Position numbers and translations under genes: made by a program. A DNA stretch of 64,000 nt from Alistipes sp. (lineage in GTDB: Bacteria > Bacteroidota > Bacteroidia > Bacteroidales > Rikenellaceae). This document shows positions 1-9,178 of this stretch, piece by piece. Below the pieces are notes generated by a model that was not told the origin of the DNA, did not search any database, and was given only the letters and a program-made list of their open reading frames with translations. The stretch's first letter is position 1; each line of letters starts with the position of its first letter. The stretch spans positions 22,227 to 86,226 of the forward strand of contig JAGBXX010000006.1 of assembly GCA_017629035.1 (NCBI GenBank), written 5' to 3'.

Positions 1-1105
1 CCTCGCTGCCCGCACGTGCACCGATAGCCTTACGCACAGCCTCGACCGAGAGCGGCGTATCACGCTTGATGATATCTACACCCATGCCCTTATATTTGCG
101 CTTAAGCTCCTTAGGGCGGTAGGGCTCTATGCTGACTATTTTGTAGGCCCTCACGGGCAACGCCTCACAGGGCAACTCACTGGCAAAGGCAAAGCCATTG
201 TTGCTCCATATATCTCCCCACTTTCGAAGTGCAGCTATTGCCACACGAGCCTTCTGCAACGCCACATCGGGAATAAGCAGATAGCGCCACTCGGGAGATA
301 CGGCACAGGGCTCTGAGGTAGCAAGCATATCGCTCGGCTCAAACTCCCACTCGCCACTGCCAATAACGGCAATACGCAGCAAGCTCTTGGCAGCATTTGT
401 ATATATGTTCAGCTCCTTGCACTCGCCACCAAGGCTCACCACCTCGACCTCAGCAGGGTCAAGCAGCCTGAAGGCCTCGGCACAATCGAACATTGGCGAA
501 AGTTTTATTGCTACACGTTCGGCAATAGTTCGTAGGCGTGGCATCATGCCGAGCACATTGGGCGAGCAGTCCTCCATGCAGACCATCTTATTACCACTCT
601 CGGAGCGCCGATCAGGGTCGACAAATACCCAGTCGAAGTGCTCATCACACTCCTCGACATACTCCTCCGAGCTACGACTTACGACCTCTACGTTGCGAAT
701 ACCCATAAGCTCCATGTTGTATCGCACGACATCGGCAAGAGCCTCATCACGCTCCAGCGACACCACCCTCTCGAAGTGTCGTGAGAGAGCCATCGTGTCG
801 ATACCCAGGCCACACGTGAGATCCAGACAGCTCCTACCCGACAGAGGCTTACGCTCGGCCGACTCCTCGCTCGAGCACTGCTCAAAGGCACGTGGCGGTA
901 TCACACAGCGATGTTTATAGAGTGTTGGCAGCTTGCGTCGTGCACGTTGCAGGTACTTCACCTGCGTGGCCACAACAGCAGCATGGGGCACACCTCTACG
1001 CAGGGCAATCTGCGCAGGATCGCTCTCGATATTCTGCTCCACGGCACTACGCACCTCCGGGGTGCTGAGTATCGACAAATTGTAGTCTGTATTCTGGCTC
1101 ATCAT
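1..1105 (-). CDS. Class I SAM-dependent methyltransferase with THUMP-like C-terminal region (3' end outside window)
   Basis: Not in ORF track because it has no stop in the window. Reverse-strand translation from ATG 1105: MMSQNTDYNLSILSTPEVR...QVKYLQRARRKLP...AFEQCSSE...CLDLTCGLGID...DWVFVDPDRR, with SAM motif I (DLTCGLG) and a DPxRR motif. Confidence 0.85.
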   Translation of the reverse strand, partial: MMSQNTDYNLSILSTPEVRSAVEQNIESDPAQIALRRGVPHAAVVATQVKYLQRARRKLPTLYKHRCVIPPRAFEQCSSEESAERKPLSGRSCLDLTCGLGIDTMALSRHFERVVSLERDEALADVVRYNMELMGIRNVEVVSRSSEEYVEECDEHFDWVFVDPDRRSESGNKMVCMEDCSPNVLGMMPRLRTIAERVAIKLSPMFDCAEAFRLLDPAEVEVVSLGGECKELNIYTNAAKSLLRIAVIGSGEWEFEPSDMLATSEPCAVSPEWRYLLIPDVALQKARVAIAALRKWGDIWSNNGFAFASELPCEALPVRAYKIVSIEPYRPKELKRKYKGMGVDIIKRDTPLSVEAVRKAIGARAGSE

Positions 1106-2312
1106 CGAGCAAAGTTAAATATTTTTTTTCGCTCCACACCTTCACCACGAAGCTAAAGAGCACAAAACCTATGTAGATAGCGACAACCTCGTAGCCATTG
1201 AGCGTGGCATAGAGCACAAAGCCTGGGGTGTCGGCAGCACGGCTCACAACAGCGTTATGCAACATAGCAACACGCTCCACAACACCATACACCACCTCCG
1301 CCACAACATCGGGCAGAAAGAGTAGCAGCATGCCCAGGGCCAAGATAGCGTAGACAAGCAACATTATGAATGGTGTCACAAGTATGCTCATCAGCGGCAA
1401 GTTGCCAAAGGTGTAGGATATGAGTGGTAAGACCCATATCGAGGCCACACCACCCACTATGAGTGTCGAGAGCAGCCCTCGACAAGGCAGCCTACGGCGA
1501 TATACTGCATCGACAAGTGGCAGCGCCCAGAGCACAATACCCAGCACGGCAGCCACAGAGAGCCTAAAGCTCAGATTATCAACAAGTGTCGCATCGTAGA
1601 GCAACAGCAGCGCAATCGTGATCAGAATGCTATTTGTCGGCAGGTGGCTCATTCCCGTGCCACGAGCGAGCATAAGCACACTCAGCATAACTGCCGCACG
1701 CATCGTCGAGGGTGAGCCTCCGGTCATTGCAACATACAACCACACGAGCACCACAACACCCACACTGCGCACTCTGTGTCCTCGGTGCACAATACCCAAG
1801 GGGTAGAAGAGCCAGCCGAAGAGTGTCATCACAATGCCCAGATGTAGACCCGACACGGCGAGAATATGTGCAAAGCCCGTGAGTGCATAGTCGCTCCTGA
1901 GCTCACTCGTGATACGCTCCCTGCGCCCCACGACCATCGCCTCAACAACGGCATAGCTATCATCATCCTTAGCAAAGCGCTCGATACGCTCCTTAGCTGA
2001 GCGGTGCAGGGCGTTATCTCCCAACGCCTCCTCCGTAGCCCTACTCTCAGCACTCTGAGCAGCAAGATAGCCCACGGCAACGAGCAGCAGTAGCACGACA
2101 ATATGTGCAACACGGCCTCGGGGCAGCATGACCAAAAGCGCCACGAGAGCAACGCCCACAAGGGCCACAACACCCCACCCCAGGCTGACGCTCCCACTCA
2201 AAAATATGCCGACAAGCAGGGGCAGCAACAGGAGCAGCGCAGGTGTCGACTCTACTCTACGTCGTGCAACACCAAGCCACGAGGTGTTATGCCATTGGTC
2301 TGATTCTGACAT
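1047..2312 (-). CDS. comEC: ComEC/Rec2 family competence membrane protein (Competence domain only)
   Basis: GFAHILAVSGLHLG, GGSPSTMRA and LSFRLSV motifs, many TM segments. ATG at 2312 preferred over the ORF-track start at 2321. Confidence 0.85.
   Translation of the reverse strand: MSESDQWHNTSWLGVARRRVESTPALLLLLPLLVGIFLSGSVSLGWGVVALVGVALVALLVMLPRGRVAHIVVLLLLVAVGYLAAQSAESRATEEALGDNALHRSAKERIERFAKDDDSYAVVEAMVVGRRERITSELRSDYALTGFAHILAVSGLHLGIVMTLFGWLFYPLGIVHRGHRVRSVGVVVLVWLYVAMTGGSPSTMRAAVMLSVLMLARGTGMSHLPTNSILITIALLLLYDATLVDNLSFRLSVAAVLGIVLWALPLVDAVYRRRLPCRGLLSTLIVGGVASIWVLPLISYTFGNLPLMSILVTPFIMLLVYAILALGMLLLFLPDVVAEVVYGVVERVAMLHNAVVSRAADTPGFVLYATLNGYEVVAIYIGFVLFSFVVKVWSEKKYLTLLDDEPEYRLQFVDTQHPGGA
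1110..1117 (-). promoter_or_regulatory. Bacteroidota -7 box (TAACTTTG) for the methyltransferase
   Basis: Exact TAnnTTTG match 4 nt upstream of ATG 1105, in an AT-rich patch inside the comEC 3' end. Confidence 0.6.
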
Positions 2313-3006
2313 CGCACACACCCTCTAACATTTTAGCCAGAGCCTCGACATCGGTAGGCTCGTCAACCTGACCATAGTGGTATGGGTAGTATATCTGTGG
2401 CTTGAGCGCCTTAACAGCCTCGGTAGCCTGCTCTGGAGTCATGGTATATGGCTGATTTACACATACAAACGCGATATCGATATTCTTCAACTCACGCATC
2501 TCATTAGTAGGCTCCGTGTCGCCCGAGATATATATGCGCACCTTGCCACCCAGGGTCACCACATAGCCACAATCCTCTCTCTCTTTGGGGTGGAACTGCA
2601 ACTGGTGCTCCGAGGTGTTGTATGCTGCCACAGCCTCAACCTTGATATCATCAAATGGCTCTGCTACGGCCTTGGGCAACATCGTAAAGCAGTTACCCTG
2701 CAACCCCTCGGCCGAGGTCTTATCGAGCAAGATACGGGTATCGGGGCTCTGGAGCATCTCGATAGCCGCCATATCGAAGTGGTCATAGTGTGAGTGCGTC
2801 ACAAGGATCATATCGGCCTTGGGCAGCTTCGAGTAGTCGGCATTGCCTACCACAGGGTCCACATATATCCATCGGCCCTCGTACTCGATAGCCAACGAGG
2901 CGTGAGCAAAGAATGTCAACTTGAGCTTTACGCCATTTACCACAACCTCATCAACGGGGTACATAGGCGCCTTCTTGGCACCAAAAAGTCTACTAAAAAA
3001 TGACAT
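2287..3006 (-). CDS. MBL-fold metallo-hydrolase
   Basis: THSHYDH metal motif, YISGDT, YPYHY. Confidence 0.9.
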   Translation of the reverse strand: MSFFSRLFGAKKAPMYPVDEVVVNGVKLKLTFFAHASLAIEYEGRWIYVDPVVGNADYSKLPKADMILVTHSHYDHFDMAAIEMLQSPDTRILLDKTSAEGLQGNCFTMLPKAVAEPFDDIKVEAVAAYNTSEHQLQFHPKEREDCGYVVTLGGKVRIYISGDTEPTNEMRELKNIDIAFVCVNQPYTMTPEQATEAVKALKPQIYYPYHYGQVDEPTDVEALAKMLEGVCDVRIRPMA

Positions 3007-3014
3007 AGGCTAAA

Positions 3015-3989
3015 CTATTTTATATTGTTTACAAACTCTATTATTGTCGAGCTAAGACCCTCGGTAATAGGGATATTAGAGTTAGCATACACGCTAAGTA
3101 TCTGCTGCACACGATCCTCCGTGTTGCTATCCTTAAGCACATGGGTCATATATTCAAATACTCTATGCACAGCACCGGGGTTGGCCTTGAGCAACGCCTC
3201 GCCATTTGCCTCCGATACCTGAACATCACGTCCTCCCGACACAATGAGTATAGGCTCGTCACACTGCGCAATGAGCGCCTGAGGGTCGTACTGCATCTCG
3301 GAGATTAGGAATGGCTGCACCACGGGGTGGAAGAGTCCCAGCAGCGCCTGAGGAATCTCGCTCTCGGCCACCCTCTCGCCACGCTTGAGTCTACCTATCA
3401 CACGCTCGGCCTGGAACATCAGAGCGATATTTGCGGGCATAAGCTGCGCCCCCAGCTGCGTGAGAAGTATCGAATCCATAGCATATCCTGGGGCACATAG
3501 CAGCACAATGCCATCGAGCACTACACGCTGACGCTCGGCCACAGCAAGCGAGATCAGACCTCCCTCGCTATGTCCTGCCATGATAACACGTCTAAAGCCT
3601 CTTGAGCGCAAGAACTCAACAACGAGCTCCGCATCGTCGACATAGTCCTCAAACAGAAGGTTTGGCACATCTGCCTGAGGGATTACACTCTCGCCTATTG
3701 CTCGTTTATCGTAGCGCAACACCGCATAGCCACCCTTTACAAGCTCGTCAGAGAGCATCGAGTAGGAGTATGTCTTGAGTCCCGCCGAGAGTGAGTTACC
3801 ATCACGATCCGTAGCTCCCGAGCCCGCAACAATGACAAAGGCCGTATCGCCACCACCCTCAGGTACACTCAACGTGGCATATATATTGCCCCACTCCGTC
3901 TCAATTTTGAGCTCCTCGCTCGCTGCCACAGCACGCTGCGCACACACAACCAACAGCATGGTACACAATGCGTTAATAAACCCTCTCAT
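3015..3989 (-). CDS. Secreted alpha/beta hydrolase
   Basis: Signal peptide, AGSGATDRDG, GHSEG nucleophile elbow, D-VQV and MTHVLK triad motifs. ATGA overlap with the xerD stop. Confidence 0.85.
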   Translation of the reverse strand: MRGFINALCTMLLVVCAQRAVAASEELKIETEWGNIYATLSVPEGGGDTAFVIVAGSGATDRDGNSLSAGLKTYSYSMLSDELVKGGYAVLRYDKRAIGESVIPQADVPNLLFEDYVDDAELVVEFLRSRGFRRVIMAGHSEGGLISLAVAERQRVVLDGIVLLCAPGYAMDSILLTQLGAQLMPANIALMFQAERVIGRLKRGERVAESEIPQALLGLFHPVVQPFLISEMQYDPQALIAQCDEPILIVSGGRDVQVSEANGEALLKANPGAVHRVFEYMTHVLKDSNTEDRVQQILSVYANSNIPITEGLSSTIIEFVNNIK

Positions 3990-4894
3990 AGTATATCAAT
4001 ATTAGTAAATGAATCCTCGACAACACGGCTCAGGTGCTTGCTATCGAGATGTGTATATATCTCCGTTGTGACGATACTCTCATGGCCCAGCAGCTCCTGC
4101 ACCTGGCGAATATTTGCACCACCCTCAAGCAGATGTGTTGCATAGGAGTGGCGCAGGGTGTGGGGGCTAATCTGCTTATCTATGCCCGCAACATTTGCCG
4201 CACCCTTGATGATATTGAATACCATGACTCGTGTGAGTGGCATGCCACGATTGTTCAGAAAGAGCGTGGGCTCCGAGGGCTGCTTGGGCGAGCGAAACTC
4301 CATGTAGAGCTGAATCTTGTCACGTGCCGCCGAGCTAACGGGCACAATACGCTGCTTGTCGCCCTTGCCCACAACACGTATAAAACCCTCGCCAAAGAAG
4401 AGATCCTCGAGGCGCAGCGACGTGAGCTCCGAGACACGCAGACCGCATGAGTACAACACCTCGACAATGGCGCTATCACGACAACCCTTGGCCGTAGTAA
4501 TATCAAACGTAGAGATGAGTGCATCTATCTCCTGGAGTGTCAGCGTATCGGGAAGCAGTCTACCAGGCTTGGGGGCCTTGATAAGCTCTGTTGGGAGCTG
4601 ATCTATGCGGTCACTCAGGAGCATAAAGTTATAGAGGCTCTTGATACCACTCAGACGACGTGCCTGCGACGCACCGCTACGCCCCTGCTCGTAGAGCCAC
4701 GATATGTAGCGTTCGATCATCACCGGCTCAACATGCTCGGGTGCCACCTCGTACATACGCAATATGTAGTGCATAAACTCCTCGAAATCACGCATGTATG
4801 CATCGACACTATTGCTCGACAAACGCTTCTCGAGGCGGATGTATCGGTGGTACTCCGCACGAATTTTCTCCCACTTTTTAGCACAATCTGCCAT
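3986..4894 (-). CDS. xerD: Tyrosine recombinase XerD
   Basis: LYSCGLRVSEL, GKGDKQR, SPHTLRHSYATHLL, LGHESIVTTEIYTH. Likely start ATG 4894 (MADCAKK). Confidence 0.85.
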   Translation of the reverse strand: MADCAKKWEKIRAEYHRYIRLEKRLSSNSVDAYMRDFEEFMHYILRMYEVAPEHVEPVMIERYISWLYEQGRSGASQARRLSGIKSLYNFMLLSDRIDQLPTELIKAPKPGRLLPDTLTLQEIDALISTFDITTAKGCRDSAIVEVLYSCGLRVSELTSLRLEDLFFGEGFIRVVGKGDKQRIVPVSSAARDKIQLYMEFRSPKQPSEPTLFLNNRGMPLTRVMVFNIIKGAANVAGIDKQISPHTLRHSYATHLLEGGANIRQVQELLGHESIVTTEIYTHLDSKHLSRVVEDSFTNIDIL

Positions 4895-4967
4895 ATTATC
4901 TATATCTTTGTGGTAAAGATACAAAAATTTTACATAATATCACACACTAATCGACATTTTTCGACCT

Positions 4968-5825
4968 ATGAGGCACTATACCGAACTCTGCATTGAGTGC
5001 GCCAACGACGAGATGGCCGAGATTATCACCGCATTTTTGGCCGACTACCCCTTCGAGAGCTTCGACACCGACACCTCGGCCGAGAGCACCACGCTACGTG
5101 GCTACATACTCTCCGAGAGCTGGGCGGAGTGTCGCACCGAGGCACTAGAGTCGATTGCCGACTATGGCACCGTGCGTAGCGAGCAGGAGATCGAGTCCGA
5201 GAACTGGAACGCCACCTGGGAGGCCGAGAGCTTCAACCCCGTGGAGGTAGAGTGCGAGGATGGTCGCAAAATATTGATTCGTGCGCCCCACCACCCTGCG
5301 CCCGCAGCAGATGTTATGGATGTCGTGGTATCGCCCCAGATGTCGTTTGGCTCGGGCCACCACCACACAACACGCATGATGTGTCGCAACATACTCTCGC
5401 TCACGCACCTCGGCCACACACTCGATGTGGGCTGTGGCACAGGAGTACTCTCTATCGTGGCACTCAAGGCGGGTGCCGAGCATGTCGACGCAGTAGATAT
5501 CGACCCATGGTCAACAAAGAGCGCCTCGGAGGCCGCAGCACTCAACGCCATAGAGAACAAAATGGATGTCCTGCTGGGCACTGTCGAGGTTATCGTGGGC
5601 CGCACATACGACACCATACTTGCCAACATCAACCGCAACATCATCCTGGGCGACTTGGAGCGCTACGCAGCAGCGCTTAACAAGGGAGGTCATCTGGTGC
5701 TGAGTGGCTTCTTGCACGAGGATGTAGAGAGCATTGTCGAGGCGTGCAAAGTGTACAATATCGAGCTCATAGACAAGATCTCGGAGGAGGAGTGGGTTTC
5801 GCTTAAACTCGTAAATAATAAGTAG
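4968..5825 (+). CDS. prmA: Ribosomal protein L11 methyltransferase
   Basis: PQMSFGSGHHHTT, LDVGCGTGVLSI, ILANINRN, LSGF. Confidence 0.93.
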   Translation: MRHYTELCIECANDEMAEIITAFLADYPFESFDTDTSAESTTLRGYILSESWAECRTEALESIADYGTVRSEQEIESENWNATWEAESFNPVEVECEDGRKILIRAPHHPAPAADVMDVVVSPQMSFGSGHHHTTRMMCRNILSLTHLGHTLDVGCGTGVLSIVALKAGAEHVDAVDIDPWSTKSASEAAALNAIENKMDVLLGTVEVIVGRTYDTILANINRNIILGDLERYAAALNKGGHLVLSGFLHEDVESIVEACKVYNIELIDKISEEEWVSLKLVNNK

Positions 5826-5827
5826 TT

Positions 5828-6430
5828 ATGATTATATTGCCATCGGTATATTTTGGCTCTACGGAGTATTGGGCAGCGATAGTTCAGCATGGCGACGATG
5901 TTGTCATCGATCTGGGCGAGCACTATGTCAAGCGCTCGGAGCGCAACCGCACGGAGATAATGACCTCGGGAGGTGTCATGCAGCTCACGGCGCACATACA
6001 CCATGCCAACCGCCCACGCCAGGCAATGCGTAGCGTGAAGCTCGACTACTCGAAGCGTTGGCAGCACCAGCACCTCGTGGCAATGGAGTCGGCATATCGC
6101 AACTCGCCCTACTACGACTACTACGGCGAGCGCTTTGCCGAGCTCTACAACAAGGAGTGGAAATACCTCGTCGACTTGAACCTTGCAACGCTTGAGGAGG
6201 TTTGCGCAATCCTAAAACGCCCCATGCCACGCCTCTCGGAGAGCTACATCGTAGCCTCGGAGAACGACATAGACCTACGCAATAAAAAGAGTGGTGCGAC
6301 CTTCGAGGCCACACCATATATTCAAGTATTTAGCGACAGGTTTGAGTTCGAGCCTCGCCTCTCGATCTACGATCTTATAATGTGCGAGGGCCCTTCGGCT
6401 AACGAGATACTCGCATCTTGTCGATTGTAA
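5828..6430 (+). CDS. WbqC family protein
   Basis: EHYVKRSERNR, AYRNSPYYDYY, YIQVF...LSIYDLIMCEGP. Confidence 0.88.
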   Translation: MIILPSVYFGSTEYWAAIVQHGDDVVIDLGEHYVKRSERNRTEIMTSGGVMQLTAHIHHANRPRQAMRSVKLDYSKRWQHQHLVAMESAYRNSPYYDYYGERFAELYNKEWKYLVDLNLATLEEVCAILKRPMPRLSESYIVASENDIDLRNKKSGATFEATPYIQVFSDRFEFEPRLSIYDLIMCEGPSANEILASCRL

Positions 6431-8426
6431 TCTCGACCGAGTCACGGTGCAACCCCGTGCCATCGACAACACGCACTATACTCCTATCGTTGAGCACCAC
6501 AGAGTCCGCCTGCCAGCGTGACTTCGACACCTCGTGCAGCTCAACACTATCCTGGTCAACAATAAGCATAGGGCGCTCCAAAGAGCTATACACACGCACC
6601 CTCTGCACCGCATCGCAGCGGCTCTTCCACCTGCGCTCAGCGATATAGAGCGTAGGCTCGCTGCTATTCCACAGCGCACGGTATAGGTAGTATGCATCCT
6701 TCTTAGTCTTATGGTCGTAACCCACCATGCCCGAGTAGTTCATGCCCTCGACACGGAACATCGAGGCGTAGTCGAACATATTATCAAGCCACACACCCCA
6801 GAACTGTCCTGACTCAGTGATTATTGACGAGTAACACTCGTGCATAGCCGTCTGCGCACGCTCAGGGCGCAGGCGAGCACCACGCTCCACACGCTGCACC
6901 ACGTCGACAACATGGCTAATGCAGCCATCCTCACCATAGCATACACCATAGCGCAGCTCCTTAAACTTCTTGTTCTCACGCAGCTGACGACACCACACGC
7001 TCACATCCTCGAACGAACCCTTGTACCATCCCACATCCTGGCGCAGGACGATGAGGTCGGTGATAAAGTTGATATCGCCATCGGCATTGCTACATCCCAC
7101 CGTGGGGCGTGACTTATCCAGCAGATGAGCCAAGTCGTTGAGCTCACGCACATACTTTACCACATCATCGCCATGCTGGCTCACCAGCGAGAAGAGTCCC
7201 CACATCACGACCGAGGGGTGGTTATAGTTTTGGTATATCACCTCTCTGAGCTGCTCAAAGCCATTCTCACGCAGACTCTCAGAGGGGTAGTAGCATATAT
7301 CGCCAAAGAGTGCCGAGTTGCGGGTAAAGGGCATATCTACCCACGCAACGACACCCTCTCTGTCACACATATCGTAGAGCGACTCTCTGTGAGGGCCTAC
7401 CACCGAGCGCAGCGCATTAGCGCCCATATCCTTTACCAGATCGAGATCCTGACGCAACTCCGCATCAGTGAGCACAGCACCCACACCAGCACGGTCGTGG
7501 GCAAGGTTAACACCGTGGATATCAACCTCATTACCATTTATCGTAAGTCGATTATTCTTGCTCACGCCAACACTTCTAAAACCTATGTCGAAGCTCACCC
7601 TATCGCTCGGTTTGTCGGCATTTCCCACCATAGCCTCCACACGATACAACGTGGGCGACTCGGGGCTCCACAAGTCGGGATAGTCGATGCTATAAGGTAT
7701 CTCCACGCCACTCTGCTTCTCGGCCTTTCCAGCCTTGGCCGTGTAGCGACACACCTCGTAGCCATCAGGGGCAATAAAGCGAACGGTGATGTTGTGAGCA
7801 CCCTCGTCCATGGCCGAGAGATAGAGCGTGACAACACCCGACACACGCTCCGTAGACACCTCGTGCTGCTCCACAAATACGCCAGCAGAAGAGTAGAACG
7901 TGGGCGAGATGATATTGCGACCTGTGACCATAAGCTCCACGTCACGATATATGCCACCAGGCAGGTTGTGCTCGGTCGATACAGGGAAGATATCGAACTT
8001 AGAACTATTTGATACATGGACAGTTATCGTATTATTCTCGCCATAGCGCACCTTGTCCGTAATCTCGAATGTGAAGGCTGTATATGCACCACGATGCTCA
8101 CCAACCCAGTTGCCATTGACAAATACATTTGTCTGGGTCATGACACCGCCAAAACGCAGGAATAGTCGCTTGCCACGCAACGTATGAGGCACATGCAACT
8201 GGCGTGAGTAGCTCGCCGTAGATGGCACCACATCCCCGACACTCCACACATGCGGAAGGTCGAGATATTGCACCGTAGCATTGGGCTTTGATATATCATT
8301 GAAACGCCACCCCTCGTTGAGCGAGTAGTGCGCACGTGGCTCACTCTGTAAGGCAAACACAGGGGTTGCAAACACCGCAACAAAGGTGGTAATAAGGGCG
8401 ACAATTATGGTAAAATAGCTTCGCAT
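6399..8426 (-). CDS. Glycoside hydrolase family 2-like secreted protein, catalytic residues substituted
   Basis: GH2 architecture (FLRFGGV, GEHRGAYTAF, GGIYRDV, GVNLAHD, NHPSVVMWGLF), but NE is SL and SEYG is VCYG. Signal peptide from ATG 8426. Confidence 0.85.
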   Translation of the reverse strand: MRSYFTIIVALITTFVAVFATPVFALQSEPRAHYSLNEGWRFNDISKPNATVQYLDLPHVWSVGDVVPSTASYSRQLHVPHTLRGKRLFLRFGGVMTQTNVFVNGNWVGEHRGAYTAFTFEITDKVRYGENNTITVHVSNSSKFDIFPVSTEHNLPGGIYRDVELMVTGRNIISPTFYSSAGVFVEQHEVSTERVSGVVTLYLSAMDEGAHNITVRFIAPDGYEVCRYTAKAGKAEKQSGVEIPYSIDYPDLWSPESPTLYRVEAMVGNADKPSDRVSFDIGFRSVGVSKNNRLTINGNEVDIHGVNLAHDRAGVGAVLTDAELRQDLDLVKDMGANALRSVVGPHRESLYDMCDREGVVAWVDMPFTRNSALFGDICYYPSESLRENGFEQLREVIYQNYNHPSVVMWGLFSLVSQHGDDVVKYVRELNDLAHLLDKSRPTVGCSNADGDINFITDLIVLRQDVGWYKGSFEDVSVWCRQLRENKKFKELRYGVCYGEDGCISHVVDVVQRVERGARLRPERAQTAMHECYSSIITESGQFWGVWLDNMFDYASMFRVEGMNYSGMVGYDHKTKKDAYYLYRALWNSSEPTLYIAERRWKSRCDAVQRVRVYSSLERPMLIVDQDSVELHEVSKSRWQADSVVLNDRSIVRVVDGTGLHRDSVEITIDKMRVSR

Positions 8427-8445
8427 AATGGGTATTTTATAAGTG

Positions 8446-8482
8446 CAAATATACGAATAAACAAAAAACATTGCTAACTTTG
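8446..8482. promoter_or_regulatory. Divergent -7 boxes (TATATTTG minus 8446-8453; TAACTTTG plus 8475-8482)
   Basis: Exact TAnnTTTG matches upstream of both divergent genes. Confidence 0.7.
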
Positions 8483-8522
8483 TGCGAAATATCAACTAAT
8501 AACGCACTAAATTATTGTAAAA

Positions 8523-9170
8523 ATGATTGATATAGCAGTTCTTATATGCGTAGTGTGGGCCCTGGTGCTCGGCATCAAGCGAGGCTTTGTGGTGCAGCTA
8601 TGCCATCTGGTTGGCCTCTACATGGCCCTACTCTTTGCCCCTAAGTTCGCAACACAGGTGGGCTCGATATTTATGGACGACCCAGGCAAGGCATACCTCG
8701 CAGGATTTATCCTTATCGTGGCAGCTGCCGTGATCCTTATCTGGATAATCGCACCACTTATCAAGGCACTCATCATCTGGAAGCCGATGAAGGGTATCGA
8801 CGCCCTTCTGGGTGCTGCACTCAACGTGGCAACCGTGGTGATAGTCATCGCCGCACTCTTCTCGATTTTTGACCGCATAAACCTCAGCCCAAACATCAAG
8901 CAGGAGAGGCTCATTGAGATGGTCGAGAACCATACAGAGGGCGATATCAAGGAGAAGATTTTGGCCCTGAGCAACGCCGACATAGACTCTGAGATGCGAG
9001 AGTATTTCGAGCATAAGTATGTTGACTACCAGACTCTTGAGTCATCGTACACGTTCTACCCTCTTGCTCACCTTGGAACGGCCATAATCCCCACAATCAA
9101 GAGTTTCGACGAGGTTATCCGCACCGAGGCACACAAGGCCATAAGCGAGGATATATTCTTTAACCTATAG
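8523..9170 (+). CDS. CvpA family membrane protein
   Basis: IDI...GIKRGFV N-terminus, four TM helices, IDALLGA motif. Confidence 0.85.
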   Translation: MIDIAVLICVVWALVLGIKRGFVVQLCHLVGLYMALLFAPKFATQVGSIFMDDPGKAYLAGFILIVAAAVILIWIIAPLIKALIIWKPMKGIDALLGAALNVATVVIVIAALFSIFDRINLSPNIKQERLIEMVENHTEGDIKEKILALSNADIDSEMREYFEHKYVDYQTLESSYTFYPLAHLGTAIIPTIKSFDEVIRTEAHKAISEDIFFNL

Positions 9171-9178
9171 CTCACACC

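Noticed and set aside
3986-4894. Tyrosine recombinase as the integrase of a mobile element
   Set aside because: Size and motifs fit chromosomal XerD; neighbours are housekeeping genes; no att repeats or cargo seen.
7125-8012. 295-aa plus-strand ORF and many other long alternative-frame ORFs
   Set aside because: Antisense or frame-shifted shadows of well-supported genes, expected from biased codon usage; no motifs.
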